Shown here piece after piece: positions 1-13,485 of a stretch of DNA of 64,000 nucleotides. The stretch spans positions 2,170,001-2,234,000 of the forward strand of contig OZ210885.1 in assembly GCA_964658305.1 (NCBI GenBank), written 5' to 3'. Source of the stretch: Leptogorgia sarmentosa (Eukaryota). The notes under the pieces were generated by a model. That model saw only the letters and a program-made list of their open reading frames with translations, made no database searches and was not told the origin of the DNA. Positions within the stretch are counted from its first letter, which is position 1, and every line of letters starts with the position of its first letter. The position numbers and the translations under genes were made by a program.

Positions 1-396
1 GCGAGTTACCCGGTCGACCGAGTTACTCGCTTTGCCGGGGCAAACAAGCGCTCTGTTTATATGGAACCGAGTTACTCGGCATTCATCTGTTCAACACACT
101 GTAGTTACATGAAGTACCTCAATCTAGCGGCAAAGTTGCGAAATTGCGCATGCGCTGTTGGCAAAAGTTCCTCCCGGCAAGCCGAGTTTCCCGGTCAAAG
201 TGTTTACATGGTAAAATATTCATCTCGCCTGGGCGAGATCCCGCCTCTTTCCACCGGGAACTCGCCAAGACGAGTTACCCGCTTGCGCCATGTAAACACT
301 TCACCGGGAAACCTATAGTTTTCTATTGAAGGCGAGTTACCCGGCAAAACGAGTAACTCGGTCAACCGGGAAACTCGCCTCCATATAAACAGGCCC
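1..396. mobile_element. PIF/Harbinger-type MITE, left end outside the window
   Basis: Bases 1-39 (GCGAGTTACCCGGTCGACCGAGTTACTCG...) are the inverse of about 339-378. The right end reads ...CCATATAAACAGGCCC followed by TTA, matching Harbinger/Tourist-type termini and a TWA target. Confidence 0.7.
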
Positions 397-1989
397 TTAG
401 CCAACTTTGCAACACCATGCATGTGGACCATGCCATGTATTTCAATTCACATTATTGTAATGTATGTATTGTATTCACATTCCATCAACGAAGAAGGTAT
501 GGAAACGGAAATTCAACTTGGAAACTCAACAAGTTGTCTAGACAACGAAGTGGAGTTGTCTAATTCTTTTAGTATAAACCACTGATATAAACTGCGACTA
601 AATGGTACAGAAATTAAACTGCCACTAAAAGGTACAAACTGGGATGTATAAACAAAATTTGAAGTAAAAATTAAGTCGAAAAGCTTAAAAAGTATAAAGT
701 GAATGTTTTTTGCGAGAAATTCCGAAGCGTACGAAAAGCTCAATTTAGAGTTTTAAAAAAACACTTTAAAAATAATTACTTAATCGTAAGGCATGTAAAA
801 CATTCGAAAGGCTCAGTAAATACGATTAAACAACTATGAGCAATAATAATTTAAATAATACCGCTTGCGATGTAAACAAAATTATGTGCCCAGCAAGTCC
901 GTGTACGTGACTTTATATTTTTTCGCAAAAAAGCAAATTTATCGTAAATATATGTGATTTAAATTTGATCAGTCAGTTTGACATTTACCAGTCTTCAGGC
1001 CACAATTTGTAGTTTTTGCCTCTTAGGCTGTGTTATTCGTCGCGAAATTCTAGCGAAACGCTTGCAAAACAAACATTTTCCATTTTTCCGCCATCTTGTT
1101 GTTTTGGTTTTGCTACTGGTGGTCTATCACGAATAGGCCACTAGAAGCTCAGCCAATCAGAACGCCGCGTATTTAATGGACTACTAGTACGTTTATACTA
1201 ATATGTGTTATTGTAATGTCATGTAGGTTGACCTTGTCTTGTACTTGAGTAGTAACCGCATGAGCCAGAAAAGAATTATGAAAATACATGAAAATGCGAA
1301 TTATGATAACGTTGTCAACGAACCATAGACTGCACCCTCAATTCACTTTGCACATAAAACTTACAGCACCTCGATAGTTCTCTTATGATTATAACAGTGT
1401 TCATACACACAGAAGACCAAATGGAATTCATACCATGCAATTGTGGTAAAGGCGTTCAAAAATCTGAAAGCCATAGAACGATCACGCTCCAGTACCCAGT
1501 ATAGTCAGCCTTCGTTGAACAGTGGTTCACAAATCACAGTATAACCACGTAAAGTTTTAAAACATTTTATCTCTACAATCTCGCATGCATCACTATCGCT
1601 TCGTCCACGCCTCAATCACACTTCACTTTTGTCTTGACGGTCTAATCTAACTTAAGGTATTACTTTCTATATTCTCTCTGGATATATTTGTAATTATGTT
1701 ATCGTTTTCTTTAATGACGAATCTGTTTCAATAAACAAAAAAAATTTTGTCTTGTCCAAATATCAAACATACATCCAAGTTAATTAATAACTAATCCCGA
1801 ACTAAACAAGTATATAAAACGTCAATTTCATAACACAACCCATCGAGCAACAGAAGTTACGAAAACAACAACACCATTCACGTAATCTTTTAAAGACAAA
1901 CCTCCTGATGAAACTGGAACAAAACGAATACAAGGTCCACATGGAGTTATTATTGCTACCTCTTCCACGAATATAAAATAGAGCGGCCA

Positions 1990-2500
1990 GAATTATTCTG
2001 AACGTAAGCAATGACGTAGATCATATGATTGCTTTACATGCTTTGGGCTGGGAGCCGCCGCTTCAAACAGAAAGGAATAAAGCTAAAGCAAAAATAATGT
2101 ATAAATTATTAAACAAAATTGGTCCCAAATCACTCACAAATCTATTTTCGTATAATTGTGAGAAAACTAAGGCCCGTTTCATACGTCGAATTTTGGTCGC
2201 ATCGAATGCAATTCAAACAATGGGTAATGAAGTAAGTCATCTCATTATCTATTGCTTGAATTGCATTCGGCACGACCAAAATTCGACGTATGAAACGGGC
2301 CTAATTATCAACTTCGGGACATCTAGTGGGCTTTGTCTACCAAACCACGCACAAATAGCATGAAAAACAGTTTTATGTACGACGGAGCACACATTTGGAA
2401 TTCTATACCAAAATAAATTAGGGAAAGAGCAAGTCACTTTCTTCCTTTCGAAATAAAGTCGCTGCTCACATTGGTGCTTGGAAACTTCTATAAACTTACA
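1990..2500 (+). mobile_element. Decayed 3' fragment of a non-LTR (LINE) retrotransposon ORF2
   Basis: Translates as ALGWEP-LQTERNKAKAKIMYKLLNKIGPKSLTNLF and, after the MITE and a frameshift, LCLPKPRTNSMKNSFMYDGAHIWNSIPK. This is a typical C-terminal tail of CR1/L2-group reverse transcriptase proteins. Confidence 0.7.
2171..2301. mobile_element. Harbinger-type MITE inserted in the LINE fragment
   Basis: GGCCCGTTTCATACGTCGAATTTTGGTCG...CGACCAAAATTCGACGTATGAAACGGGCC, flanked by TAA on both sides. Confidence 0.85.
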
Positions 2501-5101
2501 TGTAAATTGTTTAAAACATTTGTTATATCTTTTAAAACTTTAAATTTGTTATTGTAATTATCTTATCATATTAATTATTTTACTTGTAAAATTATTTTTT
2601 GGCACATGTCCCCCCCCCCCCCCCCCCCCCCGTGGAAATTAGCTACGGTTGACGAGGTCAACGTGGACAAATAATGTTATACTACAATAATATCTTGAAC
2701 TTTATTATGTCAATTATTTATGTGGAATGGTGAAACATCATTGCATGGAATGGAGCACTTGGAGTGTCTAACTCTGCTGTTATTAAATGTGAGGTTGAAG
2801 AATGAAGCCTTTACCGCCACATTACTCATGTTTGTCAACTATTGCGTAAACAACAAATAAACATATTATATAGTATAAACAACAAATTTCAAATTCTGTC
2901 TCATATGAATATCTGAGCAATTATGAACAATGACCATCAATTTAGATTCACATCTAAATTGAATATTTAGATATATCAAAGGTTATAATTGTATAAAATG
3001 TCATATATTATGAATATTAATGTTTGAAAAATTTAAATTGCATGGATTTACGGGGAAAGTTTGTTGGAAAAATAATCAATGAATAATAGACAAAAAAATT
3101 TTTTTGTAAATCAGCAGCGGGCGGAATCCTGGCGTTTTCTGCAATCTGATTGGCTGCAGCAGCGGGCAGAATTTTACGATATTTGACCACGGTCCGGAAT
3201 CCTAAATAAGTAATGGCCGAAGTAAATAAAAGATCTTTTGTATGTTTGTTTTAATGGAAAAAAAAGTGCAATATATATCGAAAACCTGCAGTATATGCTG
3301 ACCTAAATTCATCCTTTTTAAAAAAATACTATAACCAGTTGATTTACATAAGTTTAACGTTAATTTCTCTTCTATATTTGTAGAAATAATTTTTAGTACG
3401 AAGAAAACATTTTCGGCGAAATATTTCGGTGTCGTATTAAAGCATATTTTAACCATCTTTTTATCGTTAAATGTAAAAGAAGATAAATAATATCAATAAA
3501 TGTACCTTTTTTATTGTCATGTTGAGTGAAAAGGCAGCAATATTATTGTACTAAAACTGAAGGGTTTTTTCACTTCCTTGACTGTTTGGCAGCGATACTT
3601 GCGATGGAGTAACAAAGTAAACAAACACAACTGATCTCAAATCTAGATCGCAACACTGGAATTTGTTATGAATTTGATCATAGCATTGCGCAGCAAAAAA
3701 ATAAATCCGTTTAGGTCGGTCCGGATAGAAAAATATTTTGTCTAGGTCTCAAAATATCTCTCATTACAGATCATGTTACCATGATTATAATTTATAATCG
3801 TAAAAGCTTCGTAAAGTTTCCATTTGGTTTGCAAGATATTTTGGTAGAACTTGTCACACTGCTCATGTGAATGAATGCGAATTTCAAAATCGATAAACAT
3901 GACACGAACGTGAACTGTGGCGGAAGTAAAATGTTTTGTAGCCCTATTTTGTTTTGAGGCTCTCGTTAAAATTAAAAAATATTCCAGTTATTTACGGGTT
4001 GCTTGATAATTTGAACGACAAAAAGTTATGTTGCATTTTTATTACTGCTTTTGCATACAAAGAATAAAGTAAATGTAGCCTGAAAGCAATCCAAGCAGAT
4101 CAAGCTTAGCGTCATTTGAGGAAAACTATAATGGGGGCGAAATATACGGTATAGGAAAAGATCCGAAATATATAAAAAAATGGCAGCAAACTTTTTAGCT
4201 GCATTTTGCTTTTCACTTTGTCTATTTAGTTACAACTTGGAAAAAAGACCCCTAAGTCTCTATTTTGCCACAAACATTTCCCACAGCGACACGAAAACGT
4301 CCTAGCTGTTGCCTCTTCAGAAGAGCATTAGCGAAGTCAAATATAGTGGGTTCATGGATTACTGTTCTACAGTGGCCATTGCTGATATAAAAAATATGAC
4401 TTTGATAAAAAAGACTGCCATGTTCATTAACTAGCTAAACTATCCGTGAAATGCTCATTCATATTTTTGTACAGAGCCTGAAACAATGCGTGGTCTAACG
4501 CAAGTTTAGTTAGTTTAATAACTTGATCATCAAATAAAAATATTTGTAAATGAATGGTGGTCCAAGAGAGCAAAGCCCCCGATTGAACTGGACTACCACA
4601 AACTAACGCAAGCTAATGCAGAAAGGATATTTCTTAGAATATTTTTTAATAAAAAGGATATTTTTTAATAAGAAGAAAGGATATTTCCGGAAAGAAGTTA
4701 TCAAAGTTAAAAAAAACTGCCTGCGAAGTTTGGTTACAGAATGTTGTAAAAGGAGGAAAACATAGCCCAGGAATTCTGGCGAATTTGTATACATTTGTTT
4801 TACGTGTAAATATAACTTAGTTACCAGTTTACGCTTGTGATACAAACGACTAGCAGGCCGATATTTTTCCGTAATGTGCCAAACTTTGTAATATAGCACT
4901 AATTTTACGATGTTCTTTCTAGCTGTGCATGGTCGTTAGTTTCTTTTTCTTCATCTACATAGAAAAACAGTCTTTAAGTCAATCGAATGAGTCAGTGCGC
5001 AAGTTTCTATTAATGTATATAGCTAATGCTGCGCTTTTGTTTAGGTATGCTGCACTTGTAGTCCTAATTCATCTGAATGATATGCTATTAATTTATTGTA
5101 G

Positions 5102-8100
5102 ATTTACAAGGATAATTTTGCCAAGAGAGAAATAAATCAGTTTAAGGTCAAGTGTCGCACTTTGAAAAACAACAAAGAATGTCCGTGGACTGGTGTCTTG
5201 CAGAACATTGAGGTAAATATACACCATACTGGCCAGGGCGCCACAGGTACAAAAGTAAATGTTTACTTACCAAATCGAGGGGCAATTTTATTTTAGCGTT
5301 ATGTTGCACGTTTAGGCACAATAATTGTATTTCTTTATGTTGGACGCGTTCAAAACAACACATTTTTCATCAATTTTACTATAAATCATCTCACCCTATA
5401 TAATCCACCTCTCTCATATGACGTCCTGGAAATATCCACCATAAAATCGCGAAAATATCGCCACAATTGCAGTTCGCAATATATAGGGCCATTTATTTAT
5501 AAGCTATTTATATGCAACAGAATAAGTCGCGACTTTCACTTACACAAGATGCTTACATCGATCGCGAACTTGCCATATAAACGGCACACAGTGCGTGTTT
5601 CTGTCATCTATCATTTATGCCTAAACAAGTTTTCATTCAAAGGTGATCTTTATTCTACAAATTTGAATGTCGAATTTAATATGACGAAATCTTAAGAATA
5701 TCAGAAGGGTAGCAAATCTTCCACATACTATCATTTGATAACTTCAATATGTAACCAGTTTACTAATAGCCTAATAGCGAGGTAACAAAACAGGTACATG
5801 CCAAAAAAAGGTTTATCCTTTAACTAGTGAGTACAACTTTTGATTTATGTTCATCAATTTGGTCAATGCTTTGTAGTGGTCGGAAACTAATTGATAACAA
5901 TAATTTCTCTTTTTCCAGGAACATTTGAAGACATGTGAGTTTGTCGAAGTACCATGTCCCAAAGGCTGTAACCAAAATGTTGAAAGAAAAAGTTTGGATC
6001 ATCATTTGAAGAAAGAATGTTCAAAAAGAGCTGTCACCTGCCAACATTGCAAAAGTGAAGTACAGCACAAGAATCTCAAGGTGCAGTTTGGAGTTGTACT
6101 TGTCGCGTTTCTATTGTGTTCAACTTTTATGATAGATTATTTATTTAGATTTTTATAGTGTAATGGGTATGTCACCTATTTAACAATTAGTCGCTGTAGG
6201 CAAGGTGAATAGGAGCTTGTAATCCGCGAGCCTGCGGCGAATAATACCTTTGGTATAAATTTGCGGGTGGAAAAAAAGTGGAACCAGTCGGATTACAAAT
6301 GGAACGCATTTAGGAACACAAGAAATGTTAGCTATATAGTCTCCTCAATATTTATACTGATGTCACTGCACAGTAAAAAGAAAAGGGCCATTTTGGCCCC
6401 ATGGGGCCGTTTTGGCCTTTCAAAGTGCGAGCCAATTTGGCCCTACTATAGGGCCAAACAGAAAATAGGGGAAATTTTGGTCCAAATGGGGCCGTTTCGG
6501 TTCCGATGTCCGAGCCATTTTGGCCCTATTGTAGGGCCAAAACAGCCAACAAGGGCCGTTTTGGCCCAATGGGGCCGTTTTGGCTATTTCAATTGCGGGC
6601 CATTTTGGCCTTAGCTAATATGGAGCCAAATCGAACGCAGGTGCCGTTTTGGGCGGTTCTGTCTGAAGAACTGTTTTCGCTTATGTAGTTTTTATCCAAA
6701 TATCCTGTATGTATGTTTTGTGCGAATTGTGCCGTAATAAATTACGTGTGTTGTTTCGCACTCGCGATAATCTGGCAGACTGGCTGTGTATGCCCTGTTT
6801 TATACAGTGGAATAAGTACATGGAATATATTAATAGCTTGGAAAATACATTGGCGTAGCGAGTTACAGTTCGAAGTTAGTATATTTTGTTCAATTCGTTG
6901 TAAATGGCACTAAATGCCATGTGAATTATACTCAGTGAAGTACATAATTTATATGACGCTTTTTTGGTATGTATTATGTTGCACAAACATTTTCAATACA
7001 CTTACGTACAAAGTATTTCTGAATGTCAAATATCATTCATTGTTTTATTTCGCTGTTTACAACTTTTAGGATCACTTGGGAAAATGCCAGAAAGTTCAAG
7101 TTGCATGTCCGAATTGCAACAGGAAAATGCTGAGAGAAAAGGTAATCATTCTGAAAGAATTACAAGATCCGATGTCCAGGCTATTATATTCATTTTGAAA
7201 TTAATGGTCATTCAATCATTTTGATTGGTTGACAGGGCGCAATTTCAGCACAAATCGCACCTTATATGGCAGTGCGATTTCAACATGAATCGCGCACTGT
7301 TTATGCAACCAATGAAACAACAAAAAATTGAGCGCGCAAAACCGTTGGTGATACTTCGCCCTTTTTAACATATAACTTATCATTTTAGTTGACTGCAAGT
7401 CATGAAAAGGAATGTCCAAAAGCTCAAGCTGTTTGTGACTTCAAGCAATATGGTTGCAAATGGACGGTACGCATTAATATTTGCCATTTACCGTAGTGTA
7501 ATCAACTGTGAACGTACCATGAAATAACTGTTTTGCTATTCCTTAGGGTTTGAGAATCAATTACCAAAATCATTTGACCAACGAAGCCAGCATGGCGGCA
7601 CATTTGACCATGCTGTGTAACGTTATTGCTGCGCTCATTCCTGGCAACGGACGAGACAAGAGCAAAAATGGTGCAGCAAGATCTGAAGGCAGTGGTGGTG
7701 CCAGCGGTAGTAGCACCGGAAATAGTGCCGTCGGTGGAACTGTTTTGGAAGAGTTGAATCGCGCACGAAATAGAAATGCAGAAAGCATTGCAACATTGGA
7801 AGGCAGAATTGAGCAAATCGAGCGACGATACCGTGAACTTGCAGGTGGGTGCTACTGGACAAATGAATTATATATCTAGAGGGGAAAATGATAATCAAAT
7901 GCCTGTTTCATTAAACGTGCCAGGAACAACTTTATGAAACTGCAGACTTAAAAATATCAAATGCAACAACTCCCCATGATGACGTGGGTTCGTTGCAAAG
8001 TCCGTTGACAGCAATTTGAACATTAGATGATATAACTTATGTCAGTCACTCATGAATAAACTACATGAAGTTGTAACAATTATGTGGACATTTTAAAGAT

Positions 8101-9437
8101 ACTCTTGTCCGAACTCAACTCTATTATTGACGTCATCTTAGGTCGTCTTGAAAGACAACAAAGAGAAAATGGAGGAAGTATAACTGTTTTGAAAAACTCT
8201 CTAACCGAACTGGAAGCTCGTATGTGCAACGGAGTATATTTGTGGAGGATTACGGGATACGACCGTCATTTGGAGAATGCACGTGAAAATGTGGTGACAG
8301 CTTTGCACAGTCCCCCATTCTACACAAACGTTTATGGTTATAAACTTTGTCTAAGGTACGTTTACTTGTCACGCAGTTTTATGTATATTAACTGTATAAA
8401 TTCACATTAGAATGGAAAACATTCTACTGTAGGCTATAATCTGGCATCAGGTATGAACTCTGCAATACAATCTTAACAATTAACCATGATTTTAGTAAAA
8501 TGCTTCGACATTTTAGCCATCTAGCTATATTATACGTTTTTTGTAACGTTTTCACGATTTAACGTCGTTAAATCGTGAGGAAAACCAGTGATTTTCTACA
8601 AATATTCCCTCCACGATTTTTCAACGTGAACACTTTAATTGAATACAAATCGGTCCAACTAATCGCTGTATGTGTGAGCGTATAGGCATATGTGAGTAGC
8701 TAATGCGTTGTGATGTATGGGTTTTTAAACGACTTGTGAGGGATGGGATATAGGAGGAAGCAGTGACTTGAAAATTGTTGACCTCTTGGGAAACTGTAGG
8801 AAATAGATTTTGAGAAGAAGTTGTAATGTTGTTGTTTTTTGTATTGAGAATAAAGTGAATAATAATAACAGTTAGTCCAGCAGTGCTTCGTGACAGCATA
8901 TACTCCTATTCTAGTTCGTCATAGTACGATGGGAATTGGATTATTAAGTTTATCTTGACTCGTTTGTACAATAAATTGAATCATGTATATCTGATCTTTA
9001 GAATCAACCCAAATGGTGTAGACACTGGATATGGTTCTCATGTCTCCTTGTTTGTTCACATGATGCAGTCTGACTGGGATGACACACTGGAGTGGCCATT
9101 TTCTGGTACGAGGTTAAAGATAAAAATATACAACTCAAAATTCTGTAGATCTAAGCAATTGTCGCTACTTCCGTTCACTGATCTCTATAATACCTGAATG
9201 TTTCTCACAGGTAGAATATCCTTGTCTATCCTCGACCAAAGTGATGATGGCGAATACAAACGTCATATCAGTGAAACCTTGGTAACCAGACCGAACCTTC
9301 TGGCATTTCAGAGACCTACAACCCCCCGGAATCACAAAGGTTATGGATATGTCGAGTTCGCACACATTGAAACCTTGGAGGATCGTCAGTACTTGAAGAA
9401 TGATTGTCTCCTTATTCGTGTGCAAGTGTTCCAGTAA
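5102..9437 (+). CDS. TRAF6: TNF receptor-associated factor 6-like (3' part; RING exons not found in the window)
   Basis: Phase-consistent GT-AG exons: 5102-5212 (IYKDNFAKREINQFKVKC...), 5919-6080, 7070-7141, 7389-7466 (TRAF zinc fingers), 7547-7844, 8142-8355, 9002-9105, 9211-9437 (stop). The MATH domain has HSPPFYT..GYKLCLR and FQRPTTPRNHKGYGYVEF, close to the TRAF6-type FQRPT-PRN-KG(F/Y)GY motif. Confidence 0.92.
6363..6690. repeat. Intronic repeat element with internal GGGCCRTTTTGGCCC sub-repeats
   Basis: About 10 degenerate copies of a GGGCC/ATTTTGGCCC motif in an ~83-bp higher-order pattern. Probably a non-autonomous DNA transposon. Confidence 0.55.
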
Positions 9438-10014
9438 AATACAAGACTTGGTAACATTTGATTTGCACTTATCAAAATTTAGTTTTAGTTTCGACCTGTT
9501 CATGTTTAGAACCTTGGTAACGCGTGTACGTACCGGATGTATTGAAACACGCTTGTAATCAATAACGCGATAGGGATGTGGTTGAGTTAGGCCCCAAACC
9601 ATGTGCATGTTGCCTTGTCGTGTATAGAGAAACAGGTGACCTAGAAGTTCATATTTATGAAATGGAAAATCAATAGGCATATTTGAAGATGATAATATAA
9701 TAACCCCCGCCCCCACTTTTCACCCCTGGGCTGTTAAAAACATAACCGATTTACGGTAGTATGACAATATGTCTTTTGTGTCCCGTTTATGTAATCGTGA
9801 TTATGTAATCGTGAATCAAAGCAAATTCTCGATTTTGCTAAGTTAGAATTATATCAACTATCATAGCAATGTTTGACACCTATATCCTAGCTACTGAATG
9901 TATGTACTTAATATTATGATATCTTGAAAACATTCCAAGATGCAGCAAAAAAAATGCATCGTGTAACAGGGCAGTAGGTCCACGAGCAAATGACGGAACA
10001 GTCCATAATTTATA

Positions 10015-10420
10015 CAGTGTGTCTAAAAAAATGTCACTCGGACGAAAATTGAAATATAGTCATTGTTCATTTAGATTTTCATAGTTTTAACGATATTTCG
10101 TTGAGTTGACTAGCATTGCTATTAGTTTGATGAATGTTCATCAACGCACCACTGAAATATCGCCGTTTGATTTCAACTCTAATTTTTCTACATTTCCAGA
10201 CTTTATTAAAATTGCAAAATGAAAATAATTATTAAATTTCCTTGGGATTTGAGTGTTTCCGGAGCATAAACATATTTCGCCTACAAATACTAAACCAAAG
10301 CAGTTGATATTCACGAAGACATCTGCTAACACTGCCAATTTCTTGTTTCGTAGTTTTTTCAACTGTATTTTAATCGAAAGTGATTGTGTTTGTTGAAGTG
10401 ACATTTTTTCCGAGACACTG
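10015..10420. mobile_element. Tc1/mariner-type MITE
   Basis: TA|CAGTGTGTCTAAAAAAATGTCACT ... AGTGACATTTTTTCCGAGACACTG|TA: inverted termini with a TA target duplication. Confidence 0.8.
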
Positions 10421-10859
10421 TATATTTCCTATTTTGCTGTTTGTCATCAATATTTTTCATAAATGAAGCTTCGGGTCATGACGGCCAGGTATAAAATTCG
10501 GATCAAACCTATGTCAACGTCAAACCAAGTCAACGAGGCGAAACCCGGATCAACTATTGCCTCGTAAAAATTGAGACCGAGTACTCTGCATGGATGTTTG
10601 AATAGAATTATAATTATACCGAATAACATGATTTCCATTCGGGTCCACTTTGAAACACTCCTCCTGGATATGTTATTTGCAAATTGCAATGCAAGTCATG
10701 TTTTTACAAGCCTTCCGCACGTTGTTAGCCATTAGAATGTAGGATTGTTTAGTGCTAGAGTGGAATTAATAAACGTTGTAATCAAAAATCTTGTAAGCTA
10801 TTACTTGTACTTTTTGTATCTGCAAATACTATGCGATACCCTTGTTAGCTGTTAAAGTA

Positions 10860-11030
10860 GCCAATCAGCGACGGCACTGGCTTTTAATTAGCCTTTCTCA
10901 CGCCTGCGAACAGGTGGGTGTCCGCCATTTTTGGGTGGCAAACACTGAGCTAAAGAATTACTAAATTATTAGTAATTCTTTAGCTCAGTGGTGGCAAATG
11001 ACGTAATCCAAGATGGCGGCCATGTCGGTG
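10860..11030. promoter_or_regulatory. Promoter-like motif cluster (CCAAT, YY1-type, CRE-like)
   Basis: CCAATCAG at 10861, CCGCCATTTT at 10922, TGACGTAA at about 10999 and CAAGATGGCGGCC at about 11009. No associated CDS identified. Confidence 0.35.
10943..10990. mobile_element. 48-bp perfect hairpin insertion with 8-bp target duplication
   Basis: 22-bp arms CACTGAGCTAAAGAATTACTAA around ATTA; GTGGCAAA repeated directly at 10935-10942 and 10991-10998. Confidence 0.85.
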
Positions 11031-11089
11031 TTACTAGCGGCTAAATCGAGAATTGCACATTTACATTTTTTAGTATACTCAGTAGATTA

Positions 11090-11277
11090 GGGGCTGATTA
11101 CATGGAGAGTTTTCAGCCCGGGCAGGAATTTCAGCCCGGCTGTTGACGGATTGGAAAGAGGAGAATAATTTGAATAACAAAAGCTCATATTATTCAAATT
11201 ATTCTACTCTTTTCCATACGTCAACAGCCGGGATGAAATCTCAGCCCGGGCTGAAATTTCTCCATGTAAACAGCCCC
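11090..11277. mobile_element. Harbinger-type MITE
   Basis: GGGGCTGATTACATGGAGAG...CTCCATGTAAACAGCCCC is palindromic over almost its whole length, with TTA/TAA flanks. Confidence 0.8.
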
Positions 11278-12009
11278 TAAGAAAATCTCTTTATAAATAA
11301 TATTTTTAGGGCAAATCTTGTCGAGCTTCGTTGGCTCAGTGGTTCTGGTTTTCCCCAGCCTTGCCCTTTTCCCGTTTTTTTTTGTTTGTTTATTTTCTCT
11401 ATTTTTCCAACATTTTTGTGGTTAGGGTCGGGGTGTGGATTAGGATATAAAAAAGAAGAAAATACTTTACTTTTGGTTTACTTAAGTCAAAATTACAATG
11501 TAATATTACTCGACCCAGGGCCTCCCAACAAATGTGCAATTCTCGGTTGGTCGGTGTTAACGATACCATGGTTTGAATGGTCTTTAAAAGTTTGAGTTGA
11601 AATGATTTTCAGTAAAATTATAAACAAATTGAAATATTTCTCTTAAATAAACAAAAAGATGATTAAATTTAATTCATTTCAGTGCGCGCACCATACTTCA
11701 CCAAACACAAGTGCAATCTTTCATTAGTACTTTGCCATTAATCGGGAGTTCAAGATGTCCTCAATGTACGACGTGGAAACGGGAAAAAAACAACTACTTG
11801 TCTTCACTTTAAGATTTTTTACTCTGCAAAAAGAACCTATCTTTTGCTGGTTTTCTAACATTTCGATTTTTGTGTTTGTCCTTTGGTTACAGCTGCGTTG
11901 TAGATTGAGGTCATCTTCAGCTCCCTAATATCATTACAGTACACATTCGATAAACATTCCAGACTCCAGAGTAAGTTTTACCGTTGTTCTACGTGTCTTA
12001 TAATATATA

Positions 12010-13272
12010 CAGGGTGTCTCAAAAAAAAGGTAATCGAACTTTGGCATGCCATTGTGCGTTAATTACTGGGTGTACGAACGTGATTTTTGCATGGTCATAA
12101 AGATCAAGGTCTTAGCAGTTGAATGACATATTTCTTGTACGATATGGAAGAAAATCGGGCAAATGCGAGCGTGTTGAAAAATCTCGGTGAAAAACGCATT
12201 CTTTCACCTTTGTGCCTAATTAAGGTTACAGGAGACCCTACGCGCAGGTTTCGGGAGATTTACCATTACTCGGCGAATTTTTATCCAATTTCTCTCAAAT
12301 TTTCTCCAAATATAGTCAGATAGATGAAAAAAAACATAGGGTTATAAAATATATCAGAAAGAAATAACTTTCCTGAATATTGTTACAAGTTTAAGTTTAT
12401 GGGACCTTCGCGCGGCGAGCTATGTTAGATGTAGGTTTCACTAAAATCCTGTCAATTCTTCTCGAGTATTGCACTAAAAAAGGGTGTTCGCGCGAGTTTT
12501 ACAAGCCTTTCGTTGCAAAATTACAGATTTTTTTCGTGCATTCGTTGCAATATAACAAAGGTCGGGAAAGAACATGTCTTAGCTATGTAACCCCTGAAGC
12601 AACGATAAAATGCGAACACCCTTTTTTAGTGCAATACTCGAGAAGAGTAAAAATGATAGATTGACAGGATTTTAGTGAAACCTACATCTAACGTAGCTCG
12701 CCGCGCGAAGGTCCCATAAACTTAAACTTGTAACAATATTCAGGAAAGTTATTTCTTTCTGATATATTTTATAACCCTATGTTTTTTTTCATCTATCTGA
12801 CTATATTTGGAGAAAATTTGAGAGAAATTGGATAAAAATTCGCCGAGTAATGGTAAATCTCCCGAAACCTGCGCGTAGGGTCTCCTGTAACCTTAAAGCA
12901 GTGCATAACAAAAGAAAAATGCAATTCATCACGAATGTGTCATGGTAACAAAGATTTTATCAGGATTATTAATAATTATGCATAATCAGGTCGATTGTTG
13001 AAGGGAAGGTCGTCATCTTCGAGTCCCAGAGGGAGTTAATTTTGAATAAGTTTAGCTGCAATTCTCAGAGGTGAAAGAATGCGTTTTTCACCGAGATTTT
13101 TCAACACGCTCGCATTTGCCTGATTTTCTTCCATATCGTACACGAAATATGTCATTCAACTGCTAAGACCTTGATCTTTATGACCATGCAAAAATCACGT
13201 TCGCACACCCAGTAATTAACGCACAATGGCATGCCAAAGTTGGATTAGCTACCTTTTTTTTGAGACACCCTG
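12010..13272. mobile_element. Tc1/mariner-type non-autonomous element with ~200-bp TIRs, carrying a nested insertion
   Basis: TA|CAGGGTGTCTCAAAAAAAAGGTA ... TACCTTTTTTTTGAGACACCCTG|TA. Bases 12010-12209 are the inverse of about 13069-13272. Confidence 0.85.
12224..12892. mobile_element. Kolobok-like foldback element (TTAA target)
   Basis: TTAA|GGTTACAGGAGACCCTACGCGCAGG ... CCTGCGCGTAGGGTCTCCTGTAACC|TTAA, with near-perfect ~270-bp TIRs. GG...CC termini with a TTAA TSD fit Kolobok rather than piggyBac. Confidence 0.8.
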
Positions 13273-13485
13273 TATATTATTATTATAATATTAGTATTAT
13301 TATTAATTTATGATATTAACTAGAATATTAATTATATCAAATTATTTTTGTAGAACTGAGAAAAGTATCTTATAGTACCATTTTCAAGAAGGTATCAATT
13401 TTGCGAAAAATATACAAGATGTGCAAACTCCACAGTGTTTTATTTTTTCACATTGTTACGCAATCGATCCATTTCGTGCAAATGT

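Noticed and set aside
1..5100. TRAF6 RING-domain exons
   Set aside because: No C3HC4-coding exon found by eye. They probably lie upstream of the window, though I may have missed a short exon.
9165..9716. 183-aa minus-strand ORF
   Set aside because: Antisense shadow of the last TRAF6 exon and its 3'UTR, with no recognisable domain.
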